Part shown: piece by piece, positions 39,442-49,211 of the stretch
Layout: each line of letters opens with the position of its first letter
How positions within the stretch are numbered: position 1 is the first letter of the stretch
NCBI GenBank assembly: GCA_965204735.1
Contig: OZ242008.1
Coordinates: 4,032,001 to 4,096,000, forward strand
Reading direction: 5' to 3'
Length of the DNA stretch: 64,000 nucleotides
DNA from: Longimicrobiales bacterium
GTDB lineage: Bacteria > Gemmatimonadota > Gemmatimonadetes > Longimicrobiales > Gaopeijiaceae
The notes under the pieces: generated by a model
The model's input: the letters and a program-made list of their open reading frames with translations, nothing else
Database searches by the model: none
What the model was told of the DNA's origin: nothing
Program-made: the position numbers and the translations under genes

Positions 39442-40590
39442 ATGCGTCGGAGGTCGTTCGTCAAAGCAGGAACCCTTTCCGGTCTCGCGGCGGGAGCCGG
39501 CATGGCCGGAGCCGGCGCCCTCGGCGCCAATCCCCTCGCGGCGCTGGCGGCCGGGCCGGGCCGCAGGACGGTCAGCGGGGCAGTCCGCCTGAACTCCAAC
39601 GAGAACCCCTTGGGGATCTCGCCCGCCGCCAAGGACGCGCTGCTGCAGGCCGTCGATCTGGCCAACCGCTACCCGGGCGACCAGCACGCGGCTCTGGTCT
39701 CCAAGCTGGCTGCCGCCCACGGCGTCGCCGACAGCCAAGTCGTGATCGGCGCCGGGTCCGCCGAGGTGCTGCAGATGGCCGTGCAGGCGTTTGCCGCGCC
39801 CCGGGCTCGCTTGGTGATGGCCGACCCGACCTACGAGGCGGTCACCAACTACCAGCGCACCGAGTCCTACGAGGTGGTGAAGGCGCCCCTCGCCGCCAAC
39901 GGCGAGCACGACCTGGACCGGATGCGCGACGCCGCGGAAGACTCGGGCCGCCCCGCCCTGGTCTACCTCTGCAACCCCAACAACCCGACGGCGACGATCA
40001 CTCCCAGCGCCGAGATCGACGCCTGGATCGCCGACGCGCCCGAGCACGTCTTCTTCCTCTCCGACGAAGCGTACGTCGAGTACGTGGAGGACGACCGCAT
40101 GTGGAGCTCGCTCCCCTGGATCGAGAAGAAGCGCAACGTCCTCGTCGTCAAGACCTTCTCCAAGATATACGGGCTCGCCGGGCTTCGGCTGGGGTACGGG
40201 ATCGCCCACCCCGACACGGCGGCGCGGCTCGCCGACTTCGCCTCTCGGAACAACGCGAACCAGCTGGCCCTGGCCGCCGCCGGCGCGTCGTTCCAGGACG
40301 AGGCGCTCATGACCAAGAGCCGGACCGTCAACAAGGAATCCAAGGCGATGGTCCAAGCCACCCTGGACGAGCTGGGTCTGGAGCACATGCCCACCGAGGC
40401 CAACTTCCTCATCCACCGGATCGGCGGCGACTTGGCCACGTACAGGGGCCGAATGGCGGAGGCCGGCTTCCTGGTGGGCCGGGACTTCCCGCCCATGCTG
40501 GAGTGGAACCGCCTCTCCTTCGGCCTCCCCGAGGACATGGGCCGCTTCTGCGACGCCCTGCGCGAGTTCCGACGGAAGGGGTGGGTGTAG
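39442..40590 (+). CDS. Tat-signal PLP aminotransferase, HisC-like class I/II
   Basis: MRRRSFVK; LNSNENP, CNPNNPT, DEAY, KTFSKIYGLAGLRLGY. Confidence 0.9.
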   Translation: MRRRSFVKAGTLSGLAAGAGMAGAGALGANPLAALAAGPGRRTVSGAVRLNSNENPLGISPAAKDALLQAVDLANRYPGDQHAALVSKLAAAHGVADSQVVIGAGSAEVLQMAVQAFAAPRARLVMADPTYEAVTNYQRTESYEVVKAPLAANGEHDLDRMRDAAEDSGRPALVYLCNPNNPTATITPSAEIDAWIADAPEHVFFLSDEAYVEYVEDDRMWSSLPWIEKKRNVLVVKTFSKIYGLAGLRLGYGIAHPDTAARLADFASRNNANQLALAAAGASFQDEALMTKSRTVNKESKAMVQATLDELGLEHMPTEANFLIHRIGGDLATYRGRMAEAGFLVGRDFPPMLEWNRLSFGLPEDMGRFCDALREFRRKGWV

Positions 40591-40610
40591 GCCCCAAGCC
40601 TTCCCGAGCC

Positions 40611-41255
40611 ATGGCCAGGTACCTCACCGAGTTCATCGGCGCCTTCTTCCTGGTGCTCACCGCGGGCTTGACCACCGTTCACCACCCCGATCTCGCGCCG
40701 CTGGCGGTGGGGTCGGTTCTCATGGTGATGGTCTACATGGGGGCTCACGTCTCGGGGGCCCACTACAACCCCGTCGTGACGATCGCTCTTGTGGCGGTCG
40801 GGAAGCTGGATCGGAAGTACGGAGGAACCTACGCGGCCTGCCAAGTGGCGGGAGCGTTGGTGGCGGCGGCGGCGGTGCGGCTGCTCTCGGGCGAGTTCTT
40901 CCTGGTCGCGCCGGCTGCGGGCGTGCCGTGGTGGATCGCGCTGCTGGCCGAAGCGCTCTTCGCCTTCGCCCTGGTGATCGTCGTGCTGCATGTGGCGGCC
41001 GACCCCCGGACCGAGGGAAACCCCTACTACGGACTCGCCATCGGCTTCACGGTCATGGTGGCCGGCTTCGCCGTGGGCGGCATCTCCGGCGGCGTGCTCA
41101 ACCCGGCCGTCGCCGCCGGTCCGGCGCTGGTCTACCTTGCCGGCGTCGGGTCCCTCGGAGCCATGGCCAGCACGTGGCTCTACTGGGTCGGGCCGGTTGC
41201 GGGAGCCTACTTGGCGCTTGCCGTCTATCGGCGGCAGGGAGAGGAGCGCGGCTAG
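40611..41255 (+). CDS. MIP/aquaporin channel
   Basis: EFIG, SGAHYNPV, GGVLNPAV, YWVGP. Confidence 0.92.
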   Translation: MARYLTEFIGAFFLVLTAGLTTVHHPDLAPLAVGSVLMVMVYMGAHVSGAHYNPVVTIALVAVGKLDRKYGGTYAACQVAGALVAAAAVRLLSGEFFLVAPAAGVPWWIALLAEALFAFALVIVVLHVAADPRTEGNPYYGLAIGFTVMVAGFAVGGISGGVLNPAVAAGPALVYLAGVGSLGAMASTWLYWVGPVAGAYLALAVYRRQGEERG

Positions 41256-42493
41256 CGCGACTGCGCCTCCGGTCCCAACCGGAGCGCGGCCACTTGGGTC
41301 AACGGCAGGGCCGTGATCCTGTCGGCAAGGGCGTACTCGCGGTCGCCGGGGTAGACGACCCAGAGGCGATCGAGCCCCAGGTCGGCGAGAGCCACGTGCA
41401 TGGAGCGGGTGGTTCGGGGCGCGTCGGCGCACTTGAACTCGAAGCCCCAGCGTCGGCCTCGTCGAAGCAGCATCAAGTCCAGTTCGGCCCCGCGCTGAGT
41501 GGCGTAGAAGTAGGCTTCGTGTTCTCCGTGGGCAGCCAAGGTCTGTTCGACGGCGAAGCCCTCCCAGCTGGCACCGTAGCGCGGGTGGGCCGTCAGGTCG
41601 GGCATCGTCTCCACTTCCAGCAGATGATGCAGAATGCCCGAATCGCGGATGTACAGCTTGGGGGACTTGACCAGGCGCTTGCCTACGTTTTCGAACCAAG
41701 GCTGCAGCAGTCGAACCATGAAGGTGCCGGCCAGCAGGTCGCGGTAGCCGGTTGCGGTTCTGGCGGTCGTCCCCATGGAGCGCGCGAGTTCGGTGGCGTT
41801 CCACGTCTGCCCGTGAACATGAGCCAGCATTCGCCAGAACCGGCCGAGCGCGACAGGTGGCACGCGGGAGCCCAGACCAGGGATGTCCCGCTCGAGGAAC
41901 GTGTGGGCGAACGAACGCATCCAGCGTGCCCAAGCGCTAGTGGAGCGCGCCAGGTAGGCGCGGGGGAAGCCGCCGCGCACCCAGAGCTGGTCCAGCTTCT
42001 CCGATCCGACCTCGGCGAGCCCGAAGCCGCCTACGTGCACGAACTGAATCCGTCCAGCCAGGGTCTCCGAAACGCCGCGAATCAAGTCCCAGGACGCGCT
42101 CCCCGTCAGAAGGTAAACGGCCTTTCGGTCCGGTGCGTCGCACAGCGGCCGCAACAGCTCGAACAACGCGGGCATCCGCTGGACCTCGTCGATCACCACC
42201 AGCCCTTCATGCGCGCGAAGCGTCCGCGCCGGCGTCGACGACAGCGCTTGCCGGTCGGCGGGCGCCTCCAGGTCGAAGAATGTGGCCGGACCCGACCACG
42301 CCGCCGTCGCCTGGCGGGCCAGCGTGGTCTTTCCGCTCTGACGTGCTCCGAGAAGCGCGACGACCGGGACTTCTTCCAAACCCCTCAGCGCAGCGGCAAG
42401 GAGACCTTGGCGCGGGATCAGCCCCGTCGTGCTGCCACGCGCGTCCCCATCGTCTTCCAAGCGCTCCCTCATTGCTCCAAGTGCTCCATTCAC
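41252..42493 (-). CDS. AAA_14/DUF4143 ATPase (intact)
   Basis: GARQSGKTT, IDEVQR, LTGSAS, GGFP, SPKLYIRDSG, ELDL, FEFK. Confidence 0.92.
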   Translation of the reverse strand: MNGALGAMRERLEDDGDARGSTTGLIPRQGLLAAALRGLEEVPVVALLGARQSGKTTLARQATAAWSGPATFFDLEAPADRQALSSTPARTLRAHEGLVVIDEVQRMPALFELLRPLCDAPDRKAVYLLTGSASWDLIRGVSETLAGRIQFVHVGGFGLAEVGSEKLDQLWVRGGFPRAYLARSTSAWARWMRSFAHTFLERDIPGLGSRVPPVALGRFWRMLAHVHGQTWNATELARSMGTTARTATGYRDLLAGTFMVRLLQPWFENVGKRLVKSPKLYIRDSGILHHLLEVETMPDLTAHPRYGASWEGFAVEQTLAAHGEHEAYFYATQRGAELDLMLLRRGRRWGFEFKCADAPRTTRSMHVALADLGLDRLWVVYPGDREYALADRITALPLTQVAALRLGPEAQSR

Positions 42494-42514
42494 CGGTCCT
42501 GGTCTTGAGATTTT

Positions 42515-42549
42515 GTTGAATATCGTGATGCAGACTCATGATATTCAAC
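42515..42549. promoter_or_regulatory. 14-bp inverted repeat (13/14) with 7-nt spacer, operator-like
   Basis: GTTGAATATCGTGA-N7-TCATGATATTCAAC just upstream of the AAA_14 gene. Confidence 0.7.
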
Positions 42550-42659
42550 GATATTGAAGCCGCGACACAGTGTCCAGGAGCCCCGACCAGCTTCCGCTCA
42601 GCGATCGAGGGCGAGAGGCGGACCAAGGCGTCTGGTCCTGATCAGCTTCTGGCAGGGTC

Positions 42660-43391
42660 CTACTTCTCGAGCCTCTCCATTGCTTCCCGGGCCTGGACGT
42701 TGCCGGCGGCGGCGGCGCGCATGTACCAGGTCGCCGCGGCTTCGAGGTCGCGGACCACTCCCCGGCCCGCCTCGAAGGCTTGGCCGAGGCGGAGCTGGGT
42801 GATCGCGTCGCCCTCCACGGCCGCCTGGGTCCACCACTTCACGGCCAGCGACGGGTCCTGCGCCACGCCCCGGCCCTCCCAGTAGGCGTTGCCCAGGTTG
42901 TGGGCGCCGAGGACGTGACCCTTCTCCGCTGCGCGCCGGTGCCAGAGGGCGGCGCGGGCCGGGTCTTCCGTCCTGCCCAGCCCTTCGTCGTAGGCCGTGC
43001 CCATGAGGAAGACCGCCTCGAGCACGCCCGATTCGGCGGCGCGCCGGACGGCGCGGATCACCGTGCTGGCCAAGCGCCGAGCCTCTTCCTCGTCGCGCTC
43101 GAACCCCATGCGGCCCCGCGAGCGAACCCGCGCCAGCCACATGACCGAGATCGGGTCGGCGTCCTCGACGGCTCGCTCCAAGAGCCGGCGCGCCCTGGAA
43201 TCGTCCACCCGCCCGGCGACGCCCGTGTACCAGTCGACAGCTTCGAGCAGCGCCGGGTCGGGCTCGGCAGGCATCGCGACGCACGTTGCCACGGCGACTC
43301 CCGCGACGCAGCTCCAGCCAAGGGAGCCGCGCCCGCGCCGAGCCCGGCCGGCCGCGGCGAAGTCTCTCGTCTTCCCCCGCCCCCTCGTCAC
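42660..43391 (-). CDS. Sel1-repeat protein
   Basis: MGTAYDEGLG, LGNAYWEGRGVAQD, LGQAFEAGRGV; GTGA-coupled. Confidence 0.88.
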   Translation of the reverse strand: MTRGRGKTRDFAAAGRARRGRGSLGWSCVAGVAVATCVAMPAEPDPALLEAVDWYTGVAGRVDDSRARRLLERAVEDADPISVMWLARVRSRGRMGFERDEEEARRLASTVIRAVRRAAESGVLEAVFLMGTAYDEGLGRTEDPARAALWHRRAAEKGHVLGAHNLGNAYWEGRGVAQDPSLAVKWWTQAAVEGDAITQLRLGQAFEAGRGVVRDLEAAATWYMRAAAAGNVQAREAMERLEK

Positions 43392-44230
43392 GCCAGGTCG
43401 TCGCCGGAGAGCCCCAGACGCTGAAGCACCTCCGGCGGCGGTCCTTCGAAGCTGGGCAGCGGGACGTTGCCCACGTAGCCCAGGTCGGCCATGCCTTCTT
43501 CGGTGGTCCAGAAGCCCGTGGCGGTCATGTCCCGAAAGAGGTCGAAGAAGCGGGCCTGGACCTTCAGGTCGTCGGGGGCCGCAGCCTCGTAGGCGATCTC
43601 GTCGCAGATCGCCCGGCGCTGGGCGTCGTCGAGTTCCGGGAAGCCGACGGCCCCGAAGCGCTCTCGCGCCGCCCGGTTCAGCCAAGCCAACCCGGCCCGC
43701 ACCAGCAGCAGGTGCTCCTCGTGTCCTGGAGCCGAAACGAACTCGTTCACGTAGGCGGGGACGCCGACGTCGGCGGCGGAAGGGGAGCGTTCGTCCGCCG
43801 GGATGATCACGTCGGCCAGCACTGCCGCCAAGCGCATCTCCTCGTCGGTCAGCGCCATCTCCCAGGGCACGACCGGGGCCAAGAGGTCGGGATCGGCGGG
43901 AGTGCCCGCCGCCAACGGGTTGCTCGGCGGCAGCGGATCGAACCCGGACAACGCCTCGTGAGCCGACCGGGCCGAGTCGTCCGAAGCGCATGAAGGGGCC
44001 GCGCCCAACGCCGCCGCCGACGCGATCACCTTCAACGCGGTCCGGCGCGAAACGGCCTCGGCGCGGGGGGTCGCGTCCGGGCGCGAAACGGTCTCGGCGC
44101 TCGGGACCGCATCCACGCGTGAAGCCGTCTCCAGCGGCGGGGTCGCGTCCGGGCGCGGAGCCGTCTCCAGAGGCGGGACCACCTCCGTGCGTGAAGCCGT
44201 CTCCAGCGGCGGGGCCGCCTCCGGGCTCAT
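43388..44230 (-). CDS. Gluconate 2-dehydrogenase subunit 3 family protein (Tat)
   Basis: SRRTALK, DVIIPAD, GFWTTEEG..LGYVGN. Confidence 0.88.
   Translation of the reverse strand: MSPEAAPPLETASRTEVVPPLETAPRPDATPPLETASRVDAVPSAETVSRPDATPRAEAVSRRTALKVIASAAALGAAPSCASDDSARSAHEALSGFDPLPPSNPLAAGTPADPDLLAPVVPWEMALTDEEMRLAAVLADVIIPADERSPSAADVGVPAYVNEFVSAPGHEEHLLLVRAGLAWLNRAARERFGAVGFPELDDAQRRAICDEIAYEAAAPDDLKVQARFFDLFRDMTATGFWTTEEGMADLGYVGNVPLPSFEGPPPEVLQRLGLSGDDLA
44045..44227 (-). repeat. Five degenerate 36-nt (12-aa) tandem repeats
   Basis: PPLETASRTEVV / PPLETAPRPDAT / PPLETASRVDAV / PSAETVSRPDAT / PRAEAVSRR. Confidence 0.9.
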
Positions 44231-46008
44231 CCGATGCTCCGCCGGGTCAGCTCTTCCACGATGTAGTCGGCGGCGCGCCAAGCGAGCGCCATGATCGAGA
44301 GGGTCGGGTTCTTGTCGGCGTTGGAGACGAAGCAGCCGCCGTCGGTCACGAAGAGGTTGGGCACGTCCCACGACTGGCAGTACTGGTTCAGAGGCGAGTT
44401 CCGGGGAGCGTCGCCCATCCGCGCCCCGCCGACCTCGTGGATGATCTGTCCTCCCTTGGCGATCGCCCTGCGCCCGTCGGCCTGCACCTCGCCCAGGACG
44501 GTCCCGCCCATCTCGTCCACGATCTCGGCGATCGTCTGGTGCATGTGGACGGCTTGCCGCAGCTCGTGGTCCGACCACTTCCAGTGGAAGCGCAGCACCG
44601 GAATGCCGTAGCGGTCCACGCGGTCGGGGTCGATCTCGCACCAGCAATCCTCGTTGGGGATCATCTCCCCTCGTCCGTCGAAGAAGAGGAAGCTCCCGTA
44701 GTAGCGTCGGCAATCCTCCTTGAAGCGTCGGCCGTAGCTCCCGCCGGTCAGGGGCTCGACGCCGGAGAAGGCTCCGAAGCCGGGCATCCGCCGCCCGCCG
44801 CCGAACTCGACGTGGTACCCACGGGGGAAGTCCAGCCGGCCCGCCAGCTGCTCGCCGTAGAGCCACCAGGGCATGTACATGTGCATCGCCGACGCGCCGT
44901 CTTCGTTGTGAGGAGGCAGTCCCTCCAGCGCCGGGACGTGAGCCTGGAGACCCGCGCCCACCGTGTCCATCACGTACTTGCCCACCAGCCCCGAGGAGTT
45001 GGCGAGCCCGTCGGGGAAGAGCCCGCTGGACGAGTTGAGGAGGATGCGGGCCGACTCGCAGGCGCTCGCCGCCAGCACCACGACCCGCGCCCCGACGAAC
45101 TCGTCGGTCAGGGTGGCCTTCTCCACGTAGTGCACGCCGGTGGCCCGGCCCCGACCGTCCACCGCCACTTTCCGCACCATGGCGCCGGTGCGCACCTCCA
45201 GGTTGCCCGTGGCCAGGGCGGGAGGCAGCAGCACCGTGGTGGACTGGAAGTTGGCGCGGATCGAGCAGCCCCGCCCGCACGGGGTCGCCCAGTAGCAGGC
45301 GGCCCGGCCCCGCATCGAGTCGGCCACGACCCTCCGCGCCAGCGCGTTGTCGGGAAAGAGCTCGGCCGGCAGCGCGTCGGCGTCCTGGGTGCGAGTCAGG
45401 ATCGCCAAGTGGGCGGGGACGACCGGGATCCCCAGCCGACGGCAGGCCTTGCGCGTCAGGAGCTCGTAGGCGCGGGGCTTCGGCGGCGGCTGGAGGACGC
45501 CGGGAGAAGAGTCGGGCGTGTTCTCCAGTCCTTCGTTGGAGCCGTAGACGCCGATCAACGCCTCGGTTCTGTCGTAGTACGGCGCCAAGTCCTCGTAGGA
45601 GATGGGCCAGTCGAAGCCGAGTCCGTCGCGGCTCCGCGGCTTGAAGTCGTACTCGCCCATGCGAAGGGAGATGCGGCCCCAGTGGTTGGTCCGCCCCCCG
45701 AGCATCCGCGAGCGCCACCACATGAACTCGGAGCCGTCGGCCACCGAGTAGGGCTCGCCGGGGACCTGCCAGCCCCCGTCCACCGTGGCGTCGTAGAACC
45801 CGAAGGGCTTCTCCGGCGTGCCGGCGCCGCGCAACGGAGCGTCCTTCGGAAGCTGGAACATGGGGGTCTCCCGAAGGGGGTCGTAATGACGGCCCGCCTC
45901 CAGCATGACGACCCGCAGACCGGAGGCAGCAAGAACGAACGCGGCCATTCCGCCGCCGGCGCCCGACCCGACGACGACGGCGTCGTAGCGTTCCTGCCGC
46001 CGCCTCAC
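44227..46008 (-). CDS. GMC-family FAD oxidoreductase
   Basis: VVGSGAGGG, LGGRTNHWGR, CGRGC, IIHEVGGARMG, KNPTLSIMALA. Confidence 0.93.
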   Translation of the reverse strand: MRRRQERYDAVVVGSGAGGGMAAFVLAASGLRVVMLEAGRHYDPLRETPMFQLPKDAPLRGAGTPEKPFGFYDATVDGGWQVPGEPYSVADGSEFMWWRSRMLGGRTNHWGRISLRMGEYDFKPRSRDGLGFDWPISYEDLAPYYDRTEALIGVYGSNEGLENTPDSSPGVLQPPPKPRAYELLTRKACRRLGIPVVPAHLAILTRTQDADALPAELFPDNALARRVVADSMRGRAACYWATPCGRGCSIRANFQSTTVLLPPALATGNLEVRTGAMVRKVAVDGRGRATGVHYVEKATLTDEFVGARVVVLAASACESARILLNSSSGLFPDGLANSSGLVGKYVMDTVGAGLQAHVPALEGLPPHNEDGASAMHMYMPWWLYGEQLAGRLDFPRGYHVEFGGGRRMPGFGAFSGVEPLTGGSYGRRFKEDCRRYYGSFLFFDGRGEMIPNEDCWCEIDPDRVDRYGIPVLRFHWKWSDHELRQAVHMHQTIAEIVDEMGGTVLGEVQADGRRAIAKGGQIIHEVGGARMGDAPRNSPLNQYCQSWDVPNLFVTDGGCFVSNADKNPTLSIMALAWRAADYIVEELTRRSIG

Positions 46009-46014
46009 GCGCTT

Positions 46015-46926
46015 CTAGCCGCCCCCGTCGTCGCCCGGCGGGGCAGGCGCCACCCGGTCGGCCCGGTAGGTGGGCACCTCGAAGACGTATGGGCTGGTGG
46101 GAGCGGCGGCCCGGAAGGCGCCCTCGTGCTCCATCAGGAAGAGAGACGCCACCTCGGCGCCGTCCGCGTCCACGGCCCGCACGCTGCGGTCGGCGCTCCC
46201 GTCGCCCGGCGGCTCCGCGTCTTCCGGCGCGAACCCCGTCGCCCGCAGGCCCGACAGCTCCTGCAGGATGTTGCGCACGGTGGTGGCGTCGGCCTCGTCG
46301 CCGCCCACCGTCCAGGTCGAGTCCTGGCCTTGGCGCTCGTACAGCGTCTCGACGCCGTCCCTGGTCACCCGGATGCCGACGACGACGGCGGTGTCGGCCC
46401 GGATCACGATCTTGTTCCGCCAATCCAGCAGGGAGCGCGTCGCCGCGGAGCGCAAGTCGCCGCGGATCAGGCTCGCCACGTCCTCGCCGGGGAGCCGCGC
46501 GTAGAAGGTGCGAAAGCGGGTGCCGGCCTTCCCCAGCAGCACCCGGAAGTCGTCGCCCACCTGGAGCGTCCAGGCGCTGTCCGCCTCCAGCCCCAGCCGC
46601 CGATGAGTCGCCGGGTTGGCGGCTGCCACCGAAGCGACTTCCACCTCGTCCAGCGCCCGCATCAGCCGCTCGACCGCTCCCGAGTCGGCCTCGAAGCCGT
46701 TGACCGTCCACTCGGTCCCTTCCCGGACGAGGCGGATCGTGTCCTGGGGACCGGCGACCTCCACGTCCGACACCAGCACCGGGTCGATCCCATCCAGTGC
46801 CGCCGCCAGGCCCGGGTCGCCGCCGGACGCGCCGCCGCCCCTGCCGCCCAGCACGACGGACAGCCCGTAGAGGACCGCCACCGACGCCAGGAAGTACAGA
46901 GACATCCTCAAGGTCTTCTCGCTCAC
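46015..46926 (-). CDS. DUF4340-like protein
   Basis: N-terminal anchor, DWRNK motif, follows GldG-like gene. Confidence 0.75.
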   Translation of the reverse strand: MSEKTLRMSLYFLASVAVLYGLSVVLGGRGGGASGGDPGLAAALDGIDPVLVSDVEVAGPQDTIRLVREGTEWTVNGFEADSGAVERLMRALDEVEVASVAAANPATHRRLGLEADSAWTLQVGDDFRVLLGKAGTRFRTFYARLPGEDVASLIRGDLRSAATRSLLDWRNKIVIRADTAVVVGIRVTRDGVETLYERQGQDSTWTVGGDEADATTVRNILQELSGLRATGFAPEDAEPPGDGSADRSVRAVDADGAEVASLFLMEHEGAFRAAAPTSPYVFEVPTYRADRVAPAPPGDDGGG

Positions 46927-49211
46927 GACTCGCCTCCTTCCCGCCACCGACGCTCCGCCCGCGCGCCTCGTCCGGTCACGCGAACGAAGCCGAAGACGAC
47001 GAATGCAAGGGGCACGCCCAGGAGCGAGCCCCACTTCAGGACGCCTTGGCCCAGCTCGGATTGGAAGACCAGGGCCGGAGGCTGCCGGTTCTTGGACCGG
47101 ATCCCGATCAGGGCCTCGTCCTGAGCCAGCCAGTCCACCGCGTTGGCGGCGAAGGCCAAGTTCTGGGGGCTCGACTGGGCAAAGTGGTCCTCCATGAACT
47201 GAGCGTCGCCCACGGCCACGATCCGTCCACCGGGCCTGGGGGCGTCTTCCCCCTCGTCGCCGCCTTCGCCCTCGGCGTCCGCGTTCTCTTCTTCGGCCAA
47301 GCCCGGGTCCACGGCCACCGCCAGGACCTGCACGCCCAGCTCCTCCTCCGTGAAGGGTATCTGAACGCTGGGGTCGATCATCCCTCCGCCAGGGCGCGCT
47401 CCTCCCGCCTCGGTCGTCGTCCACAGGGCGGCGATCGTCGGGTCGTCCTCCTCCCACCGGAAGGGGGCGGCCCACCCCAGCGTCAGGTTCTCAAGGTTTC
47501 GGTTGGTGGCGTGGGGCTCGCCGCGGAACGAGATCGGCCAGAGAGGATATGGCCGGATCACGCTGAACGGTCCCTGCCGTCCCACGGACACGGACTGGGC
47601 CGAGCGCAGGTCGAAGACCATCTGCGACGTGAGCTCGACTCCCCGCGCCGACAGGAGGTCCTCCATGCCCGTCGTCACCGGCACGGCCATCGGACCCTGC
47701 TGCGGGTCGATCGCGTGGCGGTCCAGGAGCATGAACGCCGCTCCCCCCGCGTCCAGGTACTCGCCCACTGCCGCCCCCGCCTCGTCGGAGACCGGCTCGC
47801 TCGGCGCCGCCACCACCAGCACGTCGATCGTGTCCGGCCGCAGGACTCCAGCCGAGTCGTTCTCCACGTCGATCGACGTGACGTGGTACCGGTCCGCGAC
47901 GGCTTGGCGGAACGATCGGAAGTGGAACGACTCCTTGGCGCCGAAGCCCGACATGAACGCCACCGTCGGCGTCCGCTCCGTGGTCATCGCCGCAACCGCC
48001 GACACGAGACGGAACTCCAGGTCGTCGGCCCGGTCCACGACGGGGATCACCTCCTGCTCGTCGGCGTAGGTTACCGCCAGCCCGAAGTACCCCCGCTTGA
48101 CCTGCAGCTCGTCGTCTCGAATGACGTTGAACTCGATCGGCACGATCCCCAGCGACGTGGCTTCCTCGCCTGCCGCCTCGTCGTCGTCGGGGTTGATCTC
48201 CTCGGCAGCCAGCATCCCGTTGGACGCGTTGTCCAGGTCCGCCACCAAGTCCCGCACGTCTCGCAGGATGAGCTGGATCTCCGGCGGCAGGTCGTTGCTG
48301 ACGAAGAGCTTGAGGTTCACCACGTCGTCCAGGGAGCCCATGATCTGCCGGCTGCCGTCGGAGAGGGTGAAGAGGTTGTCTCGGGTCAGGTCCAGCCGGC
48401 CGCGGACGTGGCTCCCCAGAAGGTTCAGGATCAGCACGGCCGCCGTGATCGCCGCCGTGCCCAGCCGCAGCCGCCGGAAGGCGTCGCCCTTGCGGCTCAG
48501 CCGCTCCCGGCCCAGGGCCGCCAAGGCCAGGAGAAGGAAGAGGCCGCAGGTGGAGGCGAAGTAGAGCAGGTCCCGCAGGTCCACCACGCCCCGGGCCACG
48601 TTCTCGAAGTGGCTGATCACCGACAGCTGAACTGCCCACCCGCCGATCAGTCGCGGCAGGCCGATCTGGACGATGGGCGTGCCGATGAGCACCAGCACGA
48701 AGCAGGTGAACGCCCCGAAGATGAAGGCGGTGATCTGGTTGCGGGTCATCGACGACGCCCATATCCCCACGGCGGTCATCTGGGCCGCCAGCAGCAGGGC
48801 GCCGGCGTACTGGGCCGCCATGATCCCGGGGTCGGCCTCGGAGGCCAGGAGAACCCCAATCGCCATGGGAAGGGTCCCGGCCAGGGTGATCGCCACGAAA
48901 GCCAAGTTGCCCAGGAACTTGCCCAGGACGATCTCGACCTCGGTCAGGGGCTGGGCGACCAGCCACTCCAGCGTGCGGCTGCGGCGCTCCTCCGCCAGGC
49001 TCTTCATCGCCACGGCGGGCACGAACACCACGTACAGCCACGGCAGGAGGTCGAAGAAGGGCCGAAGGGTGGCCGCGCTCATGGCGAAGAGCGACCGGAA
49101 CGAGATGTAGAGGCCGAGACCCAGGAAGGCGACGGCCAGGACGTAGGCGGTCGGCTGGTCGAAGAAGCTCCGCACCTCCCGCCGAGCCACGAGAAGGGTC
49201 TGCTTGATCAC
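46923..49211 (-). CDS. Fused GldF-like ABC permease and GldG-like domain
   Basis: AEERRSRTLEWL, NQITAF, DLTRDNLFTLS, NLAFAANAVDWL. Confidence 0.88.
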   Translation of the reverse strand: MIKQTLLVARREVRSFFDQPTAYVLAVAFLGLGLYISFRSLFAMSAATLRPFFDLLPWLYVVFVPAVAMKSLAEERRSRTLEWLVAQPLTEVEIVLGKFLGNLAFVAITLAGTLPMAIGVLLASEADPGIMAAQYAGALLLAAQMTAVGIWASSMTRNQITAFIFGAFTCFVLVLIGTPIVQIGLPRLIGGWAVQLSVISHFENVARGVVDLRDLLYFASTCGLFLLLALAALGRERLSRKGDAFRRLRLGTAAITAAVLILNLLGSHVRGRLDLTRDNLFTLSDGSRQIMGSLDDVVNLKLFVSNDLPPEIQLILRDVRDLVADLDNASNGMLAAEEINPDDDEAAGEEATSLGIVPIEFNVIRDDELQVKRGYFGLAVTYADEQEVIPVVDRADDLEFRLVSAVAAMTTERTPTVAFMSGFGAKESFHFRSFRQAVADRYHVTSIDVENDSAGVLRPDTIDVLVVAAPSEPVSDEAGAAVGEYLDAGGAAFMLLDRHAIDPQQGPMAVPVTTGMEDLLSARGVELTSQMVFDLRSAQSVSVGRQGPFSVIRPYPLWPISFRGEPHATNRNLENLTLGWAAPFRWEEDDPTIAALWTTTEAGGARPGGGMIDPSVQIPFTEEELGVQVLAVAVDPGLAEEENADAEGEGGDEGEDAPRPGGRIVAVGDAQFMEDHFAQSSPQNLAFAANAVDWLAQDEALIGIRSKNRQPPALVFQSELGQGVLKWGSLLGVPLAFVVFGFVRVTGRGARAERRWREGGES

